From: Octopus sinensis
Lineage: Eukaryota
Length of the DNA: 64,000 nucleotides
Assembly (NCBI RefSeq): GCF_006345805.1
Contig: NC_042998.1
Location: 187,054,001 to 187,118,000, forward strand
Direction: 5' to 3'
Below are positions 12,161 through 25,351 of this stretch, piece by piece (position 1 is the first letter of the stretch; every line of letters begins with the position of its first letter). The position numbers and the translations under genes were made by a program. The notes under the pieces were generated by a model. The model was not told the origin of the DNA and did not search any database. It saw only the letters and a list, made by a program, of their open reading frames with translations.

Positions 12161-12969
12161 CGCCACAATAAATGATAGAATGTAATTACTTTTATTTTTC
12201 AATGTTCTAATTGTATCATGGTCGCTAAATCAGCAGGGATAATATATCACCTGTCAATTAAACGGATTATACCCGAGTCAACAAATTACATCTTACAGAC
12301 GTATATAAAGAAATGATGCAATGGACAAACCCTAAAAAGACGAGTTAGTCATGGTGTACCTTTGATCATATGTTTGCTGTTTCAGGGTTGACTTGGGATT
12401 AAACAAATAACAATAGTTTATACTGATGCCCCATAAAACTTGCTCTTATTTTATCTGTTACTAGCAGTAACACCCGTCGTTGATCGGGTAATTACTTTTA
12501 CTCTTTTACGGGAGCCACATTCAAAGTGTTATTATGTATGGAGATTTACTCCTCCTGTATGTGTGTATTTTATAAGAAAAAAAACATGTAATTATTGAAG
12601 TAGAAAAAAGATCAATTTCATACATGAACTTCTGTTTGCTTATTATTAATAAGTGAGTTGTGTGTGTAATTTTATATATCAATACAGTAATGGCAATTAT
12701 ATAATACACAAGGCTTTGGTTGGCACGGAGCTGTAATGAAAGAGAATTACCCAATGTGCCGCACTGTGGAACTGAACCCAAAGGGACATGGTTCGAAAGC
12801 AAGCTTTTCAACTACAACAAAGAGTCACGCCTATAAAGGAGAGACACATTTAGGATAATATACTCCTTGATATAATATGTTTAATAAAAAGATTGGATGT
12901 TTACGGCGAGAAGACCTTTGATTTTAAGATTTATTCGAGTAACGCAACAACTAACAACGCTACACCATA

Positions 12970-13438
12970 CAGGGTATTCCAGAATTAAATATCTGTTTCA
13001 ATGAAATTGAGCAATTTTTTTTAAAAACTGACAGAATTTTATGTTTATTACCAAAACAAAGATTTATAAATCTTACGTCAAACTTTTATTGAAAATATTC
13101 AACATGTCTGTATCCCTGCGTACTTCAAGTCTCTCCTTAGCGTTGAGAAACACATTTTGAAGCATTTCAGGAGTTAGCTCCTGCACTGCTAACTGAATGT
13201 GTTCTTTAAACTCAGCTAAATGGTTGCTCCATCTTGGGGATGGAGGTAGAAAAATGATTGCTGCCAAATTGAAAAAAGCTGTCATGGATACATAAGAGGG
13301 GTCCAACAGGGATGAAAATAAAATTACTAACAAAATTCAAAATTTATACACTTTGAACATGATAAACATAAATAAAAGTGAGTTTTAGAAAAATGCACCC
13401 GATTTCACTCAAATCATCATTAATTCTGGGACACCCTA
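12970..13438 (-). mobile_element. Internally deleted Tc1/mariner element
   Basis: TIRs CAGGGTATTCCAGAATTAA / TTAATTCTGGGACACCCTA with TA duplications (12968-69, 13439-40). Transposase C-terminal remnant EFKEHIQLAVQELTPEMLQNVFLNAKERLEVRR on the minus strand. Confidence 0.85.
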
Positions 13439-13439
13439 T

Positions 13440-13800
13440 ATTTACTCGTCCGACTAAACAGGGGAGGGAACACGGGGAGGCGGATTAATTGCAGGTGACG
13501 AGTGTAGCTTCCGGAAGTGGTCACGCGGTCAAACTCAAATGGTTGTGAGTCACAACGACAGTTTTTTGGGGGGTTTTTTTTGTATGAACATTTTGCATTA
13601 TAGAGTTGAGACAAGGATAACATAGAAAGCAGACATGCTGCCAGGCCATGCTGCGTTGCACAGGACTGGAAACGTGAAACATCAACAGGACACTTCTGGA
13701 GAATGGATGAATGGGTTTGTTGTGCCTTTACCCAGACGCACACACGCGCACATGGCCCGGTGGTGCGCGGGATGGTAACATGAAGCATCAATAGGGCGCC
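13440..13800. promoter_or_regulatory. CpG-rich promoter-like island
   Basis: Local GC/CpG enrichment in an AT-rich background; palindromic ETS-type CTTCCGGAAGT (13508-13518); GGGAGGCGG GC-box-like motif. Function unproven. Confidence 0.3.
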
Positions 13801-13936
13801 GTCAAAAATTTTAATGTTCTCATTTCCTCTGCCAAATTGGACAAATAGGTTTTCATGAAATATTATACGCTACTTATAATGCATAAGTAGTGTCAATATT
13901 TTATCATCGGAAAATGGCCTAAAGCGAAGATAAAAC

Positions 13937-14289
13937 CTAGTGCAGTATACTCAAATCTGATTAATCTGCATTTTAGGAGTGGGGCCCATAGTCGGCGTCG
14001 GAACTTTTTTTAAAGTCAACAGCAATTCGAGGAGCCTGATTAATGTTTGTTGCAAATTTGGAGGAAAGCGACTGGATACCCTTCAAGTTACGGGCCTTAA
14101 CGCGGCGAAAATGCGGTTTACCTGCCCCTGGGCCCGCATTAGTTAAGAAGTTGAAATTTTTTATGGCTCATGACACTCCAAGGACCCTATGTAACGATTG
14201 TATAAAATTTCCTTAAAATCGGTTTGGTGGATCTCGAGTTTTAACGATATGACAAACACTGACTGACACACATCCTGTGTTATATATAA
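13937..14289 (-). mobile_element. Probable non-autonomous Helitron-like element
   Basis: Minus strand begins TATATATAACACAGGATGTGTGTCAGTCAG, contains AAACCGATTTTAAGGAAATTT (analogue of CAACCGATTCTGATGAAACTT in the 51517 Helitron), and ends near CTAG. 3' hairpin not clear. Confidence 0.4.
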
Positions 14290-14505
14290 ATTGAATTTAG
14301 AAATACTAAATCAAATTTCACAAAATATAATATATATATACAAAAATTAGAAAAAAACACCTTTTATCAATTCAAATGAACAATTTAATTACACCATCTA
14401 GAAAATGACATATAATAGAAATATTAAAAATAAAATAACAATAATATACCGATGATTAAGTAAATTGCAAAATAAAATTTGAATTGATAAAAGGTGTTTT
14501 TTCTA

Positions 14506-14623
<118 letters not shown>

Positions 14624-15574
14624 GAAAATGATAATATCAAGTTTCATGCCAAAGACAAAACGTGTAATTCAGTTTTTTATTAGCCCTCACTATGTTCCAA
14701 TACTGGATTACTTCTCTTACGTACGTCCAAGTTTTTAAAAATTCTATAATCGTTTTTTAAATTCATATTTCTTTTCCTGTGACGTCATTTCAAAAACGTA
14801 CGAAATTGCTGTCCTCGTCATCATCGTCATCATCACTTGATTGGGGTGGTGGGAGGGGAGAGAATGAAAAAAAACAAAACAAATTCCCCAGAACTAAATA
14901 TCTTCAAATTTCACTGAGTTATATATTTTATTTACGTTTCATTTCAACCTCCTCCGGTTTTGATAAATTAAAACACCAGAATTGAAATGCAGCCAAAATA
15001 ACCATCTGCATATCCATGCATGTTTAAATGTGTGTATGTGTATGTGCGTGCACCTGTGTACATGTGTGCGTGTACAGTTAGGTGTGGTCCGTATTGTATT
15101 ATATATATATATATATACGGCTACTAAAACGCTACCCGTATTCCGGTACATGAGACTTAGAAGTCCAGGCTGCGATACCGTACACGTCGTCTGCTCTGGC
15201 GCAGTAGTTTCTTTTAATACCATCGTCGGGACTACATCTATCTATTACATAAACAAACCATATGCTCCCACCAATCACTAACTTCCTTATTCTACTCCCA
15301 AGCAAAACCATTAACAAACAAGAATAAACAAGTATTTGTAAGAAGCGACTTCCTCGTAACACACCCAACTTTCACTTTGAGAACAATCCTATATCAGTTG
15401 ATATATGATTATTGCCCTTCTTTTCCTTAACTACACTCGTTCATTCTTTCCTTGTTACTTTCTTTCTTTCTTTCCTTCTTTCTTTCTCTCTTTCTCTCCC
15501 TCCATCCCTTCCTCCTTTCTCTCTCTCAAAAGACACACGTATGTATATATGAATGTATAGAAGTTTATTGTTCG

Positions 15575-15618
<44 letters not shown>

Positions 15619-15634
15619 ATATATATATATATAT

Positions 15635-15693
<59 letters not shown>

Positions 15694-15930
15694 TTAAGTA
15701 GGTGAATGAATTATCCTAGTATTGATAATTCGGTTAACCGATACCTGGGTAGCAAATTCATGTCAGAAAACACGGTTGAAGCTACATGCCAAGGGTAGAA
15801 ACTACTGATGAGAAGACGGCATAATGCACCTTATTCCTTCAGAATTAAGAATATGCAGTCTTTGAAACATGTGTTGAAATTAAAGGAATTGTGTTAAAAT
15901 CCTCGTTCGACTCCATTCTTTTATTCATTT

Positions 15931-16013
<83 letters not shown>

Positions 16014-16391
16014 AACAGCTTTTCTTTCATGCGTGTTTCATTAAATACACGATTATGTTCAAGGGTTATCGTTATATTTTTAATTTTTCATAATTTATTA
16101 CCTTTTTACAGACGGCTTTGAAAATAGTGTTCCTAAATCCATATCCGTCGTTTCTAAATCTTCAGTTTCATTTTCAAGGAGAGATCCTGAAATATCGAAT
16201 ACAGATTTAGGAACCATACTGGTTCAAGTCGACTGTAAAAGACTTTTAAGAAATATGAAAATCTAAAATATGAAAAAATAAGAATTGGAAATAGTCGTGT
16301 AAGGGTGCCCGGAATAAATTTGACAATTTTTATGTTTCCTTTGCCGGAACAACTTGATACATTGGTGAACAGGAAAATATCGTTAAATAGC

Positions 16392-17325
16392 ATGGAGGAC
16401 TAGAAGCCCTCTGAATATTGGAAAAGAGTTACTTGTATCACGGTGATTCACACCGGATATCAAAATGTCGATATCAAGACCGCCGCTCAAGGCTCTGTGA
16501 ACATTGTAAAAGCTGCAAGATGTGACATGGACAGCTGCATCGGAAACTACGAAGCCGTGGCCAGCGGAAAGGAATACACTAGAAGTTTCGACTTCGTAGG
16601 TACACTGGAATTTATCCAAAACTGTTGAACAAGGTGATGGAAGCTCCAAGCAAGGGAATTCGGGCTTTGGCGAGAGAAATGGATGTGAGATTCTCCACCA
16701 TGAAGCTGACTCCGAATGAGGACCTTCGCTATCACTCGTGCAAGAGGCGCAAGAGGGGAATTCTGACAGCCAAGACCAAGGAGAACCGCTTGACGAAGGT
16801 AGAGAAGCCCTTGAACAAGCTGGGAATCGAAGGCGAAATTTTTTTCGCACGAGAGCCGGAGATGATTTGGTTCTTCTCAGATGAAAAATAAACTGCTGCC
16901 AAGACCAGAACCAGACAATACCCAAACCAACAGGTGGCTTGCCTACAATCCATGTGATGTCCCACGTGTCATGGAAACCAAGTTCCTCTGAACTGCGTGT
17001 GTCTTTGGGTGTGTCTCTATTGAGGATGACGTCATACCGCCCCACACCATGTGAAGCTGCTGGAGATTAGTTAATCTCTGGTTGGAGGGGATTCTTGCTG
17101 GAGTAGCAGTAGGATTAGGCTCCTTGCCGGAAAGAATCAGAAGTGGTTGCCGGAGAATTTTTACGACTTCTACGACAATCGGGGGAATTAGGAGCCCCAA
17201 TTTTTGTCCTCTTAATTTCTCCGATTATAATCCCATGGATTACTATGCGTGGGGTGCGGTTGAGAAAGACACCAACCGCTCTACCTGCAATACCAATACC
17301 GAGCTGGTGGCCAAGATCGAGGAGG
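16392..17325 (+). pseudogene. Tc1/mariner transposase pseudogene (maT/DD37D-like)
   Basis: GIRALAREMDV (HTH), IWFFSDEK (first D), VFGCVS...VIPPH, NFSDYNPMDYYAWGAVEKDTNR (third catalytic residue is D). Truncated at 3' by an L1/Tx1 end. Confidence 0.85.
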
Positions 17326-19080
17326 TTAACATTAACGAAGGTGAGATACTACCACATTAAAGGAAATAACAGAAAATATATAATAGAAAGCAAAGAAATA
17401 AATGATAAATAAATAAATAGAATCCCCAATAGTGGGGCGGCCCACTTAGGGTAATCCGGGGTAAACCCCACACAAAAATCCAGGATTGCTCTGCCATACC
17501 CAAGAGATGAGAAAGTACCCTTTTCTAGCTTCTTTTCTCCTGCTTAGAAAAGAATATTCAGAGTAAATCCATTCAGTCTCACCAGTCCTGCCACCGTCGA
17601 CCACCTTTTTGACAAATGCACTAGAAGGCAACGCCTCCCTCTCTACCCTCACCTTCCTCTTCAAAAAATATTTGAAGAAATTGGTGAGGGCTTGACCAGA
17701 TAGGAATGTACCAGTCTTCAAACATTTCAGACGTGTCCACCACGCAGTCTCTTTTGCCACAGTTACTAAGCAGAGAAAGAGCTGCCTTCCTTCTCTCTTA
17801 AGGGAAGGTGATGCGACGATCTTCACTATACACTCGGCAGACACGCAACAACAGCTGCTTCACACTATCCCACAACTCTCTAATGCACTGGCACTGAATT
17901 ATTGCATGCAAGACAGTTTCGTCCCCTGGCAAGCATCTCGGACAGGTTCGGCTGTTGGCACTTCCATGCCAGAAGAGCTTGTCTTGAACGGCCAATGCCA
18001 TACCAAAGGCTTTTGGAAATTGTCAATGATCTTCGACCCGAAGGCCCCCTGGAAGAGACTACTCAGACTGTTCCTGTCGATGCTTAAATTCAATCCTAGG
18101 CCATCATCACTCATATCCCCAACCAACCCTCTATAGAAATCTTGAGTTGTTTTCTCGCTAACGGTTTTGGGCAGCTGGTACAATGCAGTGAGCACCTGGC
18201 AACATTCTGGATCAAACGCCCAACTTTGGTCTGCGTTTGACCCATGACTGCAGTTCTGTCAATGAGATGAGCTGCTGCGGAAGGACGTGTCGCGTGAAAG
18301 ACGCCCACACCAGTTCATCCTTATTTTTGTTGTTGCCGCCGTCGTCATCCACATCATCACAGTGATTTAGATATTTTTGTAGGTGCGACAGCCTCAAAGC
18401 GTGGCGCCGCATCATCAAGGATGGCATCCCAAGGCCACCACGTCTGGGTGTTGACAGTAGATGGATTTTCTGACCAGCAGAACCTGACCCTTCCATAAGA
18501 ATCGGAAAAGCAAGCGCTCCAATCTGATCAGAGGTTTTTAGGAAAAAGTACAACGGTTAGGCGATAGTACACTACCGAGGCGACATATGCATTCGCTACT
18601 TCCACTGAGCCTTTCAGAGACAGTTTCCTTTCTGCTCATTTTTGAGTAAGCTTGGACACCTTAGTCATGATCTCTTCTCAATTCCTATCCACCTGAAAAT
18701 CTAGTCCGAACCAGACTCCGAACGCTTTCACCAGAACCTCCGTCCAACGACGGAAATCGCTGCTAATCGACTTGCCTCTCCAAGAGCCTAGTTGCAGACC
18801 TACAGACTTGACCTAGTTTATGAGTGCTCCTGTGCATTCCTGATAGCCTTTCAGTATAGTGTCAATCTTTTCTATGTCCGAAGAGTCCTACACCATAACA
18901 GTGAAGTCGTCCGCGTATACAGACACAGCTCTCCTGTAACCTAGTTCCAGCGGGATACCCCTCAAGTTCTCCATCCTTCACATCTAGGGTTCTAAAGCTA
19001 AAATATATAAACTGAAATTTAGCCCACGTAACAGGAACTGAGAGGGATATCGGGGAACAGAGAAACTGTGAGTGATTCAG
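17326..19080 (-). mobile_element. L1/Tx1-clade LINE, 5'-truncated, decayed
   Basis: Minus strand YILALEP, SVYADDFT, GGLGMPSL, C-terminal zinc knuckle CPRCLPGDETVLHAIIQC, followed by the 3' UTR. Confidence 0.85.
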
Positions 19081-19851
19081 ATAATTAGACATTATCTTTG
19101 AATTTTGCATGCAAAAACATATAAGGTATGGGTATTCTTTTCCTTGGGAGAAATTCTTTGTTGACCAGTGTTATTCTTCCAAGCATGAAAACGTTACTCA
19201 ACTTCGATGTTCTGGAGACAGACGCCTCCTTTTCACACATACACAGACACGCACACATGCACTTATATATTAATGATGTACCCAAATACATGACAGGTAT
19301 ACAAAATACTGAAATACGCATAAAGTAAACACATGCAGACAAATATATTAATATAACAAATTTTTAAAAACAATAAAAATATACAATCAATAAAGAGACA
19401 AAAGAAAGAGTAAGATGATACGTGTTGATTTTATTAGGTATTTCTGTTCATTTAGAAACCTACAATGACGAGGTCATTTCACAGACGCTAAACTATAAAT
19501 TTCACAGGGTACAACCTTAAAGTTGACACCGCTCCGCTAAACGCAGAAAATATCTGTCTCGCTGTTGGCTAAAAATACCCAGTTTTTTTCGATTTTTAAA
19601 CCTCTGTAACTTTTTCTCCAATTATTTTTCACCACAACATCATACCGTCAAAGTAATGTTACTAGAAGGCTACATACATTATAACAGCCAATTTTCAAAT
19701 TTTTTTACTTCCTTTTGAAAAAAATGCATATTTTGCGAATGAATACATATTTTGCATATTTTGCGAATGAAAAAAAAAATCCCCCAAGTTTCATTTATCC
19801 CAGTCCATGGGAAGTGGGACAGGAGAAATCGTTAATGACCATCCCTCGTAG

Positions 19852-21270
19852 ATAAGGTAGCGAGCTGGCAGAAACGTTAACACACTGGGCGAAATGCTTG
19901 GCAGTATTTCGTTCTGCCGCTACGTTCTGAGTTCAAATTCCGCTGAGGTCGACTTTGCCTTTCATCCTTTCGGGGTCGATTAAATAAGTACCAGTTACGC
20001 ACTGGGGTCGATATAATAGACTTGGTTCGTTTGTCTGTCCTTGTTTGTCCTCTCTGTGTTTAGCCCCTTGTGGTTAGTAAAAGAAATAGGTATTTCGTCT
20101 GTCTTTACGTTCTGAGATCAAATTACGTCGAGGACGACTTTGCCTTTCATCCTTTAAGAGTCGATAACCTGTGAAGCACTGAGATTGATGTAATCGACTA
20201 GTCCCCACCCCAAAAAAAATTTCACGCTTTGTGCCTATAATAGAAAAGATTATTATTATTATTATTAGAATTGTTAGCACGCCGGACCAAATTTTTGTGG
20301 CATTTCGTCCGTCTTTACGTTCTGAGTTCAAATTCCACCGAGGCTGACTTTGCCTTTCATCATTTCGAGCTCGATAAAATAAGTACCAGTTGAATGGTCG
20401 ATGTAATTGACTTACCCGCTCTCCAGAATTGCTGGCCTTGTGCCAGAATTTGAAACCATTATTATTAGAATCGCTAACATGCCGTACCAAATATTTAGCG
20501 GTTGTTCGTTCATCTTTACGTTCTGAGATCAATTACCGCCCAGATCGTCTTTGCATTTCATCTTTTCCGGGTTCGATGAACTAAGAACCACTGATGTAGT
20601 GGAGTCGATATAATCGACTTACCCTCTCCTCAAAAACTGCTGATCCTGAGCCAGAATTTGAAACTATTATTTAAGGCGGCGAGCTGGCAAAACCGTTAGC
20701 ACGCCGGGCGAAATGCGTAGCCGTATTTCGAAATGCTTTGTGGTATTTCGTCCGCCGCTGCGTTCTGAGTTCAAATTCCGCCGAGGTCGACTATGCCTTT
20801 CATCCTTTCAGGGTCGATTAAATAAGTACGAGTTACGCACTGGGGTCGATATAATCGACTTAATCTGTTTGTCCTCTCTGTGTTTAGCCCCTTGTGGGTA
20901 GTGAAGAAATAGGTATCACATCATACTGGCAGAAACGTTAGCACGCCGGACGAAATGCTTTGGAGTATTTCGTCCGCCGCTGCGTTCTGAGTTGAAATTC
21001 TGCCGAGGTCGACTTTGCCTTTCATCCTTTCGGGGTCAATAAATTAAGTACCATTTACGCACTGGGATCGATATAATCGACTTAATCCGTTTGTCTGTCC
21101 TTGTTTGTCCTTTCTGTGTTTAGCCCCTTGTGGGTTATAAAGAAATAGGAATTTCTTCCGGTTTTACCTTCTGAGTTGAAATTCCACTGAAATCAACTTT
21201 ACCTTTCATCCTCTCAGGTGCAATGGAGCAGTTGAGCGGTGGGACCAATGTAATCGACCGGACCTCTCCA
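19852..21270 (+). mobile_element. Dense cluster of family A SINEs (at least six whole or partial copies, including a dimer at 20730-21150)
   Basis: Repeated heads GG(T/C)GGCGAGCTGGCA and cores GTTCTGAGTTCAAATTCC...TTTCATCCTTTCGGGGTCGAT. Two alternative 3' tails present. Confidence 0.9.
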
Positions 21271-21775
21271 CAAAAATTCAGGCTTTGTGTCTGAGGAATT
21301 ACAACCGTGTTTCGTGGTCTGCAACCACAACATCTCCTTTATAGGATCCAGTTAGCTCAAGACATCATCAGCAGGAACCACGTCCGGTTTCGGCCCCTAC
21401 TCCTCTACCGTTTTGACGTGCCCCACCCCCTTTCGGAGGTGTCTTCAGCTCTGGTGTTGGGTGCATGAAAGGGTTATTGTTATTATTAGCGAACTGGCAG
21501 GGTCGTTAGAGCATGCTTAAACCAACTTTCAGTATGTATATGCGTGCGCGTGTGCAAATAAAGTTCTGCTGGTAGCAAGGGCAGTTCCGACCGGCGTGTG
21601 AACGAGTAAAGTGGTATCTGTCATCGACAAAGCATAACCACGTAGAAACACGTGTCTGACAGTTTGATGACATCATCCAGAGCCCAGCTGGATGTGTTTT
21701 TATACACATTGTCTATAGGGAGAACATCTTGTTGGAGACAATAAACACGTGTGAATGTGCTGGGGCGTGTTAGAT

Positions 21776-21897
21776 ATACATACATACATACATACATACA
21801 TACATACATACATACATACATACATACATACATACATACACAAATGCGTGTGTATGTGTGTGTGCGCACGTGTGTATTTTAGATAGATAGGTAGGTG

Positions 21898-21938
<41 letters not shown>

Positions 21939-21997
21939 GTAGGTAGGTAGGTAGGTAGGTAGGTAGGTAAGTAGGTAGGTAGGTAGGTAGGTAGGTG

Positions 21998-22038
<41 letters not shown>

Positions 22039-22097
22039 GTAGGTAGGTAGGTAGGTAGGTAGGTAGGTAGGTAGGTAAGTACGTAGGTAGGAGGATG

Positions 22098-22151
<54 letters not shown>

Positions 22152-22152
22152 T
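21776..22152. repeat. Compound tetranucleotide microsatellite (ATAC, AGAT, GGTA, AG)
   Basis: Direct reading. Confidence 0.95.
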
Positions 22153-22460
22153 ACACACATATATGTTATGTATATATATATAAGTGCAAATCCTTATGTG
22201 TGTTATATAATATATATTGCTATGTGTGTAGTGAGTGCGTTTGAGAGAGACAGACAGACAGGGAGAGTGTGTATGCATGTATGTATGTGAAGAGGGAAAC
22301 AGAGAAAAGAGAATGATAGACAAACTAAATGGCGCGCTTGTGTCTGGACGCACGCATGCGTAATCGCTGTATTTGTGTGTGAGACGGTCATTCTTTCTTC
22401 GGGTACTGAGTATGGAAAACGAAAAGAACTATTAGCTAATTCGTTATAGTTAAATAATAA

Positions 22461-22885
22461 TACTCTTTTTACTCTTTTATTTGTTTCAGTCATGTGACTA
22501 TGACCATGCTGGAGCACCGCCTTTAGTCGAGCCAATAGACCCCCAGGACTTATTCTTTATTAAGCTAGTACTTTTTCTATCGGTCTCTTTTGCCGAACTG
22601 CTAAGTTACGGTGACGTAAACACACCAGCATCGGTTGTCAAGCGATGTTGGGGGAGACAAACACAGACACACAAACATATACACACACATACACACACAC
22701 ATATATATATATACTTATATACGACGGGCTTCTTTCAGTTTCCCTCTACCAAATCCACTCGCAAGGCTTTGGTCGGCCCGAGGCTATAGTAGAAGACACT
22801 CGCCCAAGGTGCCACGCAGTGGGACTGAACCCGGAACCATGTGGTTGGTAAGCAAGCTACCTACCACACAGCCACTCCTACGCCT
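22461..22885 (-). mobile_element. Full-length tRNA-derived SINE, family B (internal TA/TG microsatellite)
   Basis: Minus strand AGGCGTAGGAGTGGCTGTGTGGTAGG (A box)...CCGGGTTCAGTCCC (B box)...GCACCTTGGGCGAGTGTCTT...CAAATAAAAGAG tail. Confidence 0.9.
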
Positions 22886-22915
22886 ATAACAACAACAACA
22901 ACAACAACAATAATA

Positions 22916-22968
<53 letters not shown>

Positions 22969-23045
22969 TAATAATAATGACGACGACGACGATGATGACG
23001 GTGACAGTGATGGTGGTGGTGATGATGATGATGATGATGATGATG
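22886..23045. repeat. AAC/AAT/GAT trinucleotide microsatellite
   Basis: Direct reading. Confidence 0.95.
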
Positions 23046-25019
23046 TTAATACAACGTAACACCCCCATCTTAGCTGCCGAAGTCTATCAGCAGCGAGTGA
23101 ATGTGTCAGACGCATGCTTGCTTTGTGTCTTGTGCTAGTAGAAGTTAGGATAGGGACTCTACAGACAGAGTATGTGTTGTGCAACCTTGAGATAGAAAAC
23201 TTCGAAAGGTAAGGTGCGTTGGTTCTGAAGCAGAACACACAACCTAACATAACTCAGTTCACGAACAGCTATGCCTATTACATGGATATGTGTTTCTAGA
23301 ATGTAGGAGTGTGTATACATGCGTGTGTATGTGTATCTGTAAAGGTAGGGGCTGCGTGTGTGTGTGTGTGTGTAGTAGGTGCATATATGTTTATGTATAT
23401 AGATATATAATGTATGAGCATCGATGTTACTTTAACATGTGAGTACTTGTTTGTGTGTGTGTGTGTGAGTAATTATAATTCGTGTGTATGTACAAGTATG
23501 CATGTGTGTGTGCGTGTGTGTGTGTGTGTGTATTTTTGATGTGTATATATTTGTGTTTGTGAACACAAATTTTAGGGAAGATATCATATAACTTGGTCGA
23601 GACCACTAAAAAATAGGTGCTATGTCGGGAGTGGTATTGAATCATCTTAACGGATGTAAAACCATCACATGGTTTTATTAATAAGCTATGCAAGTTTAGG
23701 AACGTTCTACTCAAAGGAGACACTCACACTTACACACACACACATCAATCCATACTCACAGACAAATACACACACATACACAAATACATTTGTAATTCAT
23801 TAGAATTTTCGTTATGCTTGCCTTTCCGAAGATATATGAGTTGACCCCTTTATTTACATTCCAAACCTTCTGCTCTACGTACCCACCAGTTTTTTCTTTT
23901 TAATTTTTCTTTTCCTTTTTTTTTTTTATTAAATATTATTTGTAGTAGAGAACACATCTGATTCATACGAGCACAGAATTTCGAAAACAAATATAGACTC
24001 ACAGTCAGTTTGCATAATCTCCGACTCACATCTTAAGCAATGTCAAAAGATCACCTTTCTGAAATGTCTAATCAAGAAGATCTATAAATATAATTGTCTG
24101 TTTTATTCAGTAGCTTGTACACCACCAAAAAGTGCTACACCACCAAAAAGTGCTACATGAGAACTAATTTTTCAAGATGTTACGATGTAATTTCAGTAAG
24201 ATTTTACAGCTCTTTCAAACAAATCGAGTGAGCATGAAGAAGATCTCCCGTTGGCTAGCTGATTCGTACATCTGGATACTATATCTTCATGGACTGTCCT
24301 TCAAGTTAGTGATTTACATATTTAAAACAGCAGGAAATTTATTCCAGGAATTTTATTTGTTTTATTAATACTGAGCTGATTAAAATGCTATGGAAAAGCT
24401 CCCACACTCACCAACAAGGCACATTGTGGTCTATGCAAGCTCTGATCGAGAAACCCGAAGTCTCGATTACAAATCCCAAAACTTCAAAACATTGGAAGCA
24501 ATTTACCCATCACCAGACAGACCATAATGCTAGAGCAACCTGATTGTCAACCAAGGAGCTTCTTCGCTCATTCGATTTGCTTGAAAGGGCTGTAAAACCT
24601 CCCTCAAATCACACCGTCTTAAAAAGAAATGGACGCAATGATATAAAATACAAGAAAACAAAAATGTTTCTGTTAAGCATATTTAACTTAATATATTCAA
24701 ATATGGCAAAGCCTAATTCATTGGCATTGTTTTAAATCCCAGAGTAAATTAAGGCTTGATGAAGGTTCGTTTTTAGAAGTTCGGGTTAAAGTAAGAGAAT
24801 ACTTCTTCAAAATAATATTGTATCTATTTCACCATTTTGCTCTGATATTCTTTTTGATTTTAACGTTGGTAGCTTTGATCTGTCGCTCGACCAGTCCTTT
24901 GAATGATTTTAATGGAATACACTCTTGTAAGCATTCAAGCTAGGTCTTCGGTTTGAAGACAATTTCTTCCTTCCTCTCATCTGTCTCGAAGAACATTGAA
25001 CACACTCATAGCTGCTGCT

Positions 25020-25351
25020 TGTTTGCTTGTTTGTTGAGCGAAGCGGTCTTCGTCCTAGAAGTCCGACTCGCAGAAAAGAAAGCAGGTCAACCTCCGACAC
25101 CGAGAGCATCGACGGATAGATGAATGCGCATCCAGGCTCAGCTGTTGCGTAGGAAGTCGGGAACAAGAAACAGGAAGAAAGAGTGAGAGAAAGTTGGGGC
25201 GAAAGAGTACAACAGGGTTCGCCACCACCCTCTGCCGGAGACTCGTGGAGCTTTATGTGTTTTCGCTCAATAAACACTCAAAACGAATCGAAACCGCGAT
25301 CCTCCGACCGCGAGTCCGCTGCCCTAACCATTGGGCCATTGCGCCTCCACT
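25020..25351 (-). mobile_element. tRNA(Arg)-like SINE, family C, tail variant 2 (possibly OR1/OR2 group)
   Basis: Head GTGGAGGCGCAATGGCCCAATGGTTAGGGCAGCGGACTCGCGGTCGGAGGATCGCGGTTTCGATT; tail ...GAAGACCGCTTCGCTCAACAAAC as in the 41397 copy. Confidence 0.85.

Noticed and set aside
17330-17365. Short U1 snRNA-like words (CGAAGGTG; TGTGGTAGT on minus) at the L1/Tx1 3' end
   Set aside because: Too short, on opposite strands and not collinear with U1; no snRNA gene or target supported.
23139-23215. Plus-strand AG...GAAAG|GTAAGG candidate exon (EVRIGTLQTEYVLCNLEIENFE)
   Set aside because: Isolated, unrecognised peptide and no compatible partner exons identified.
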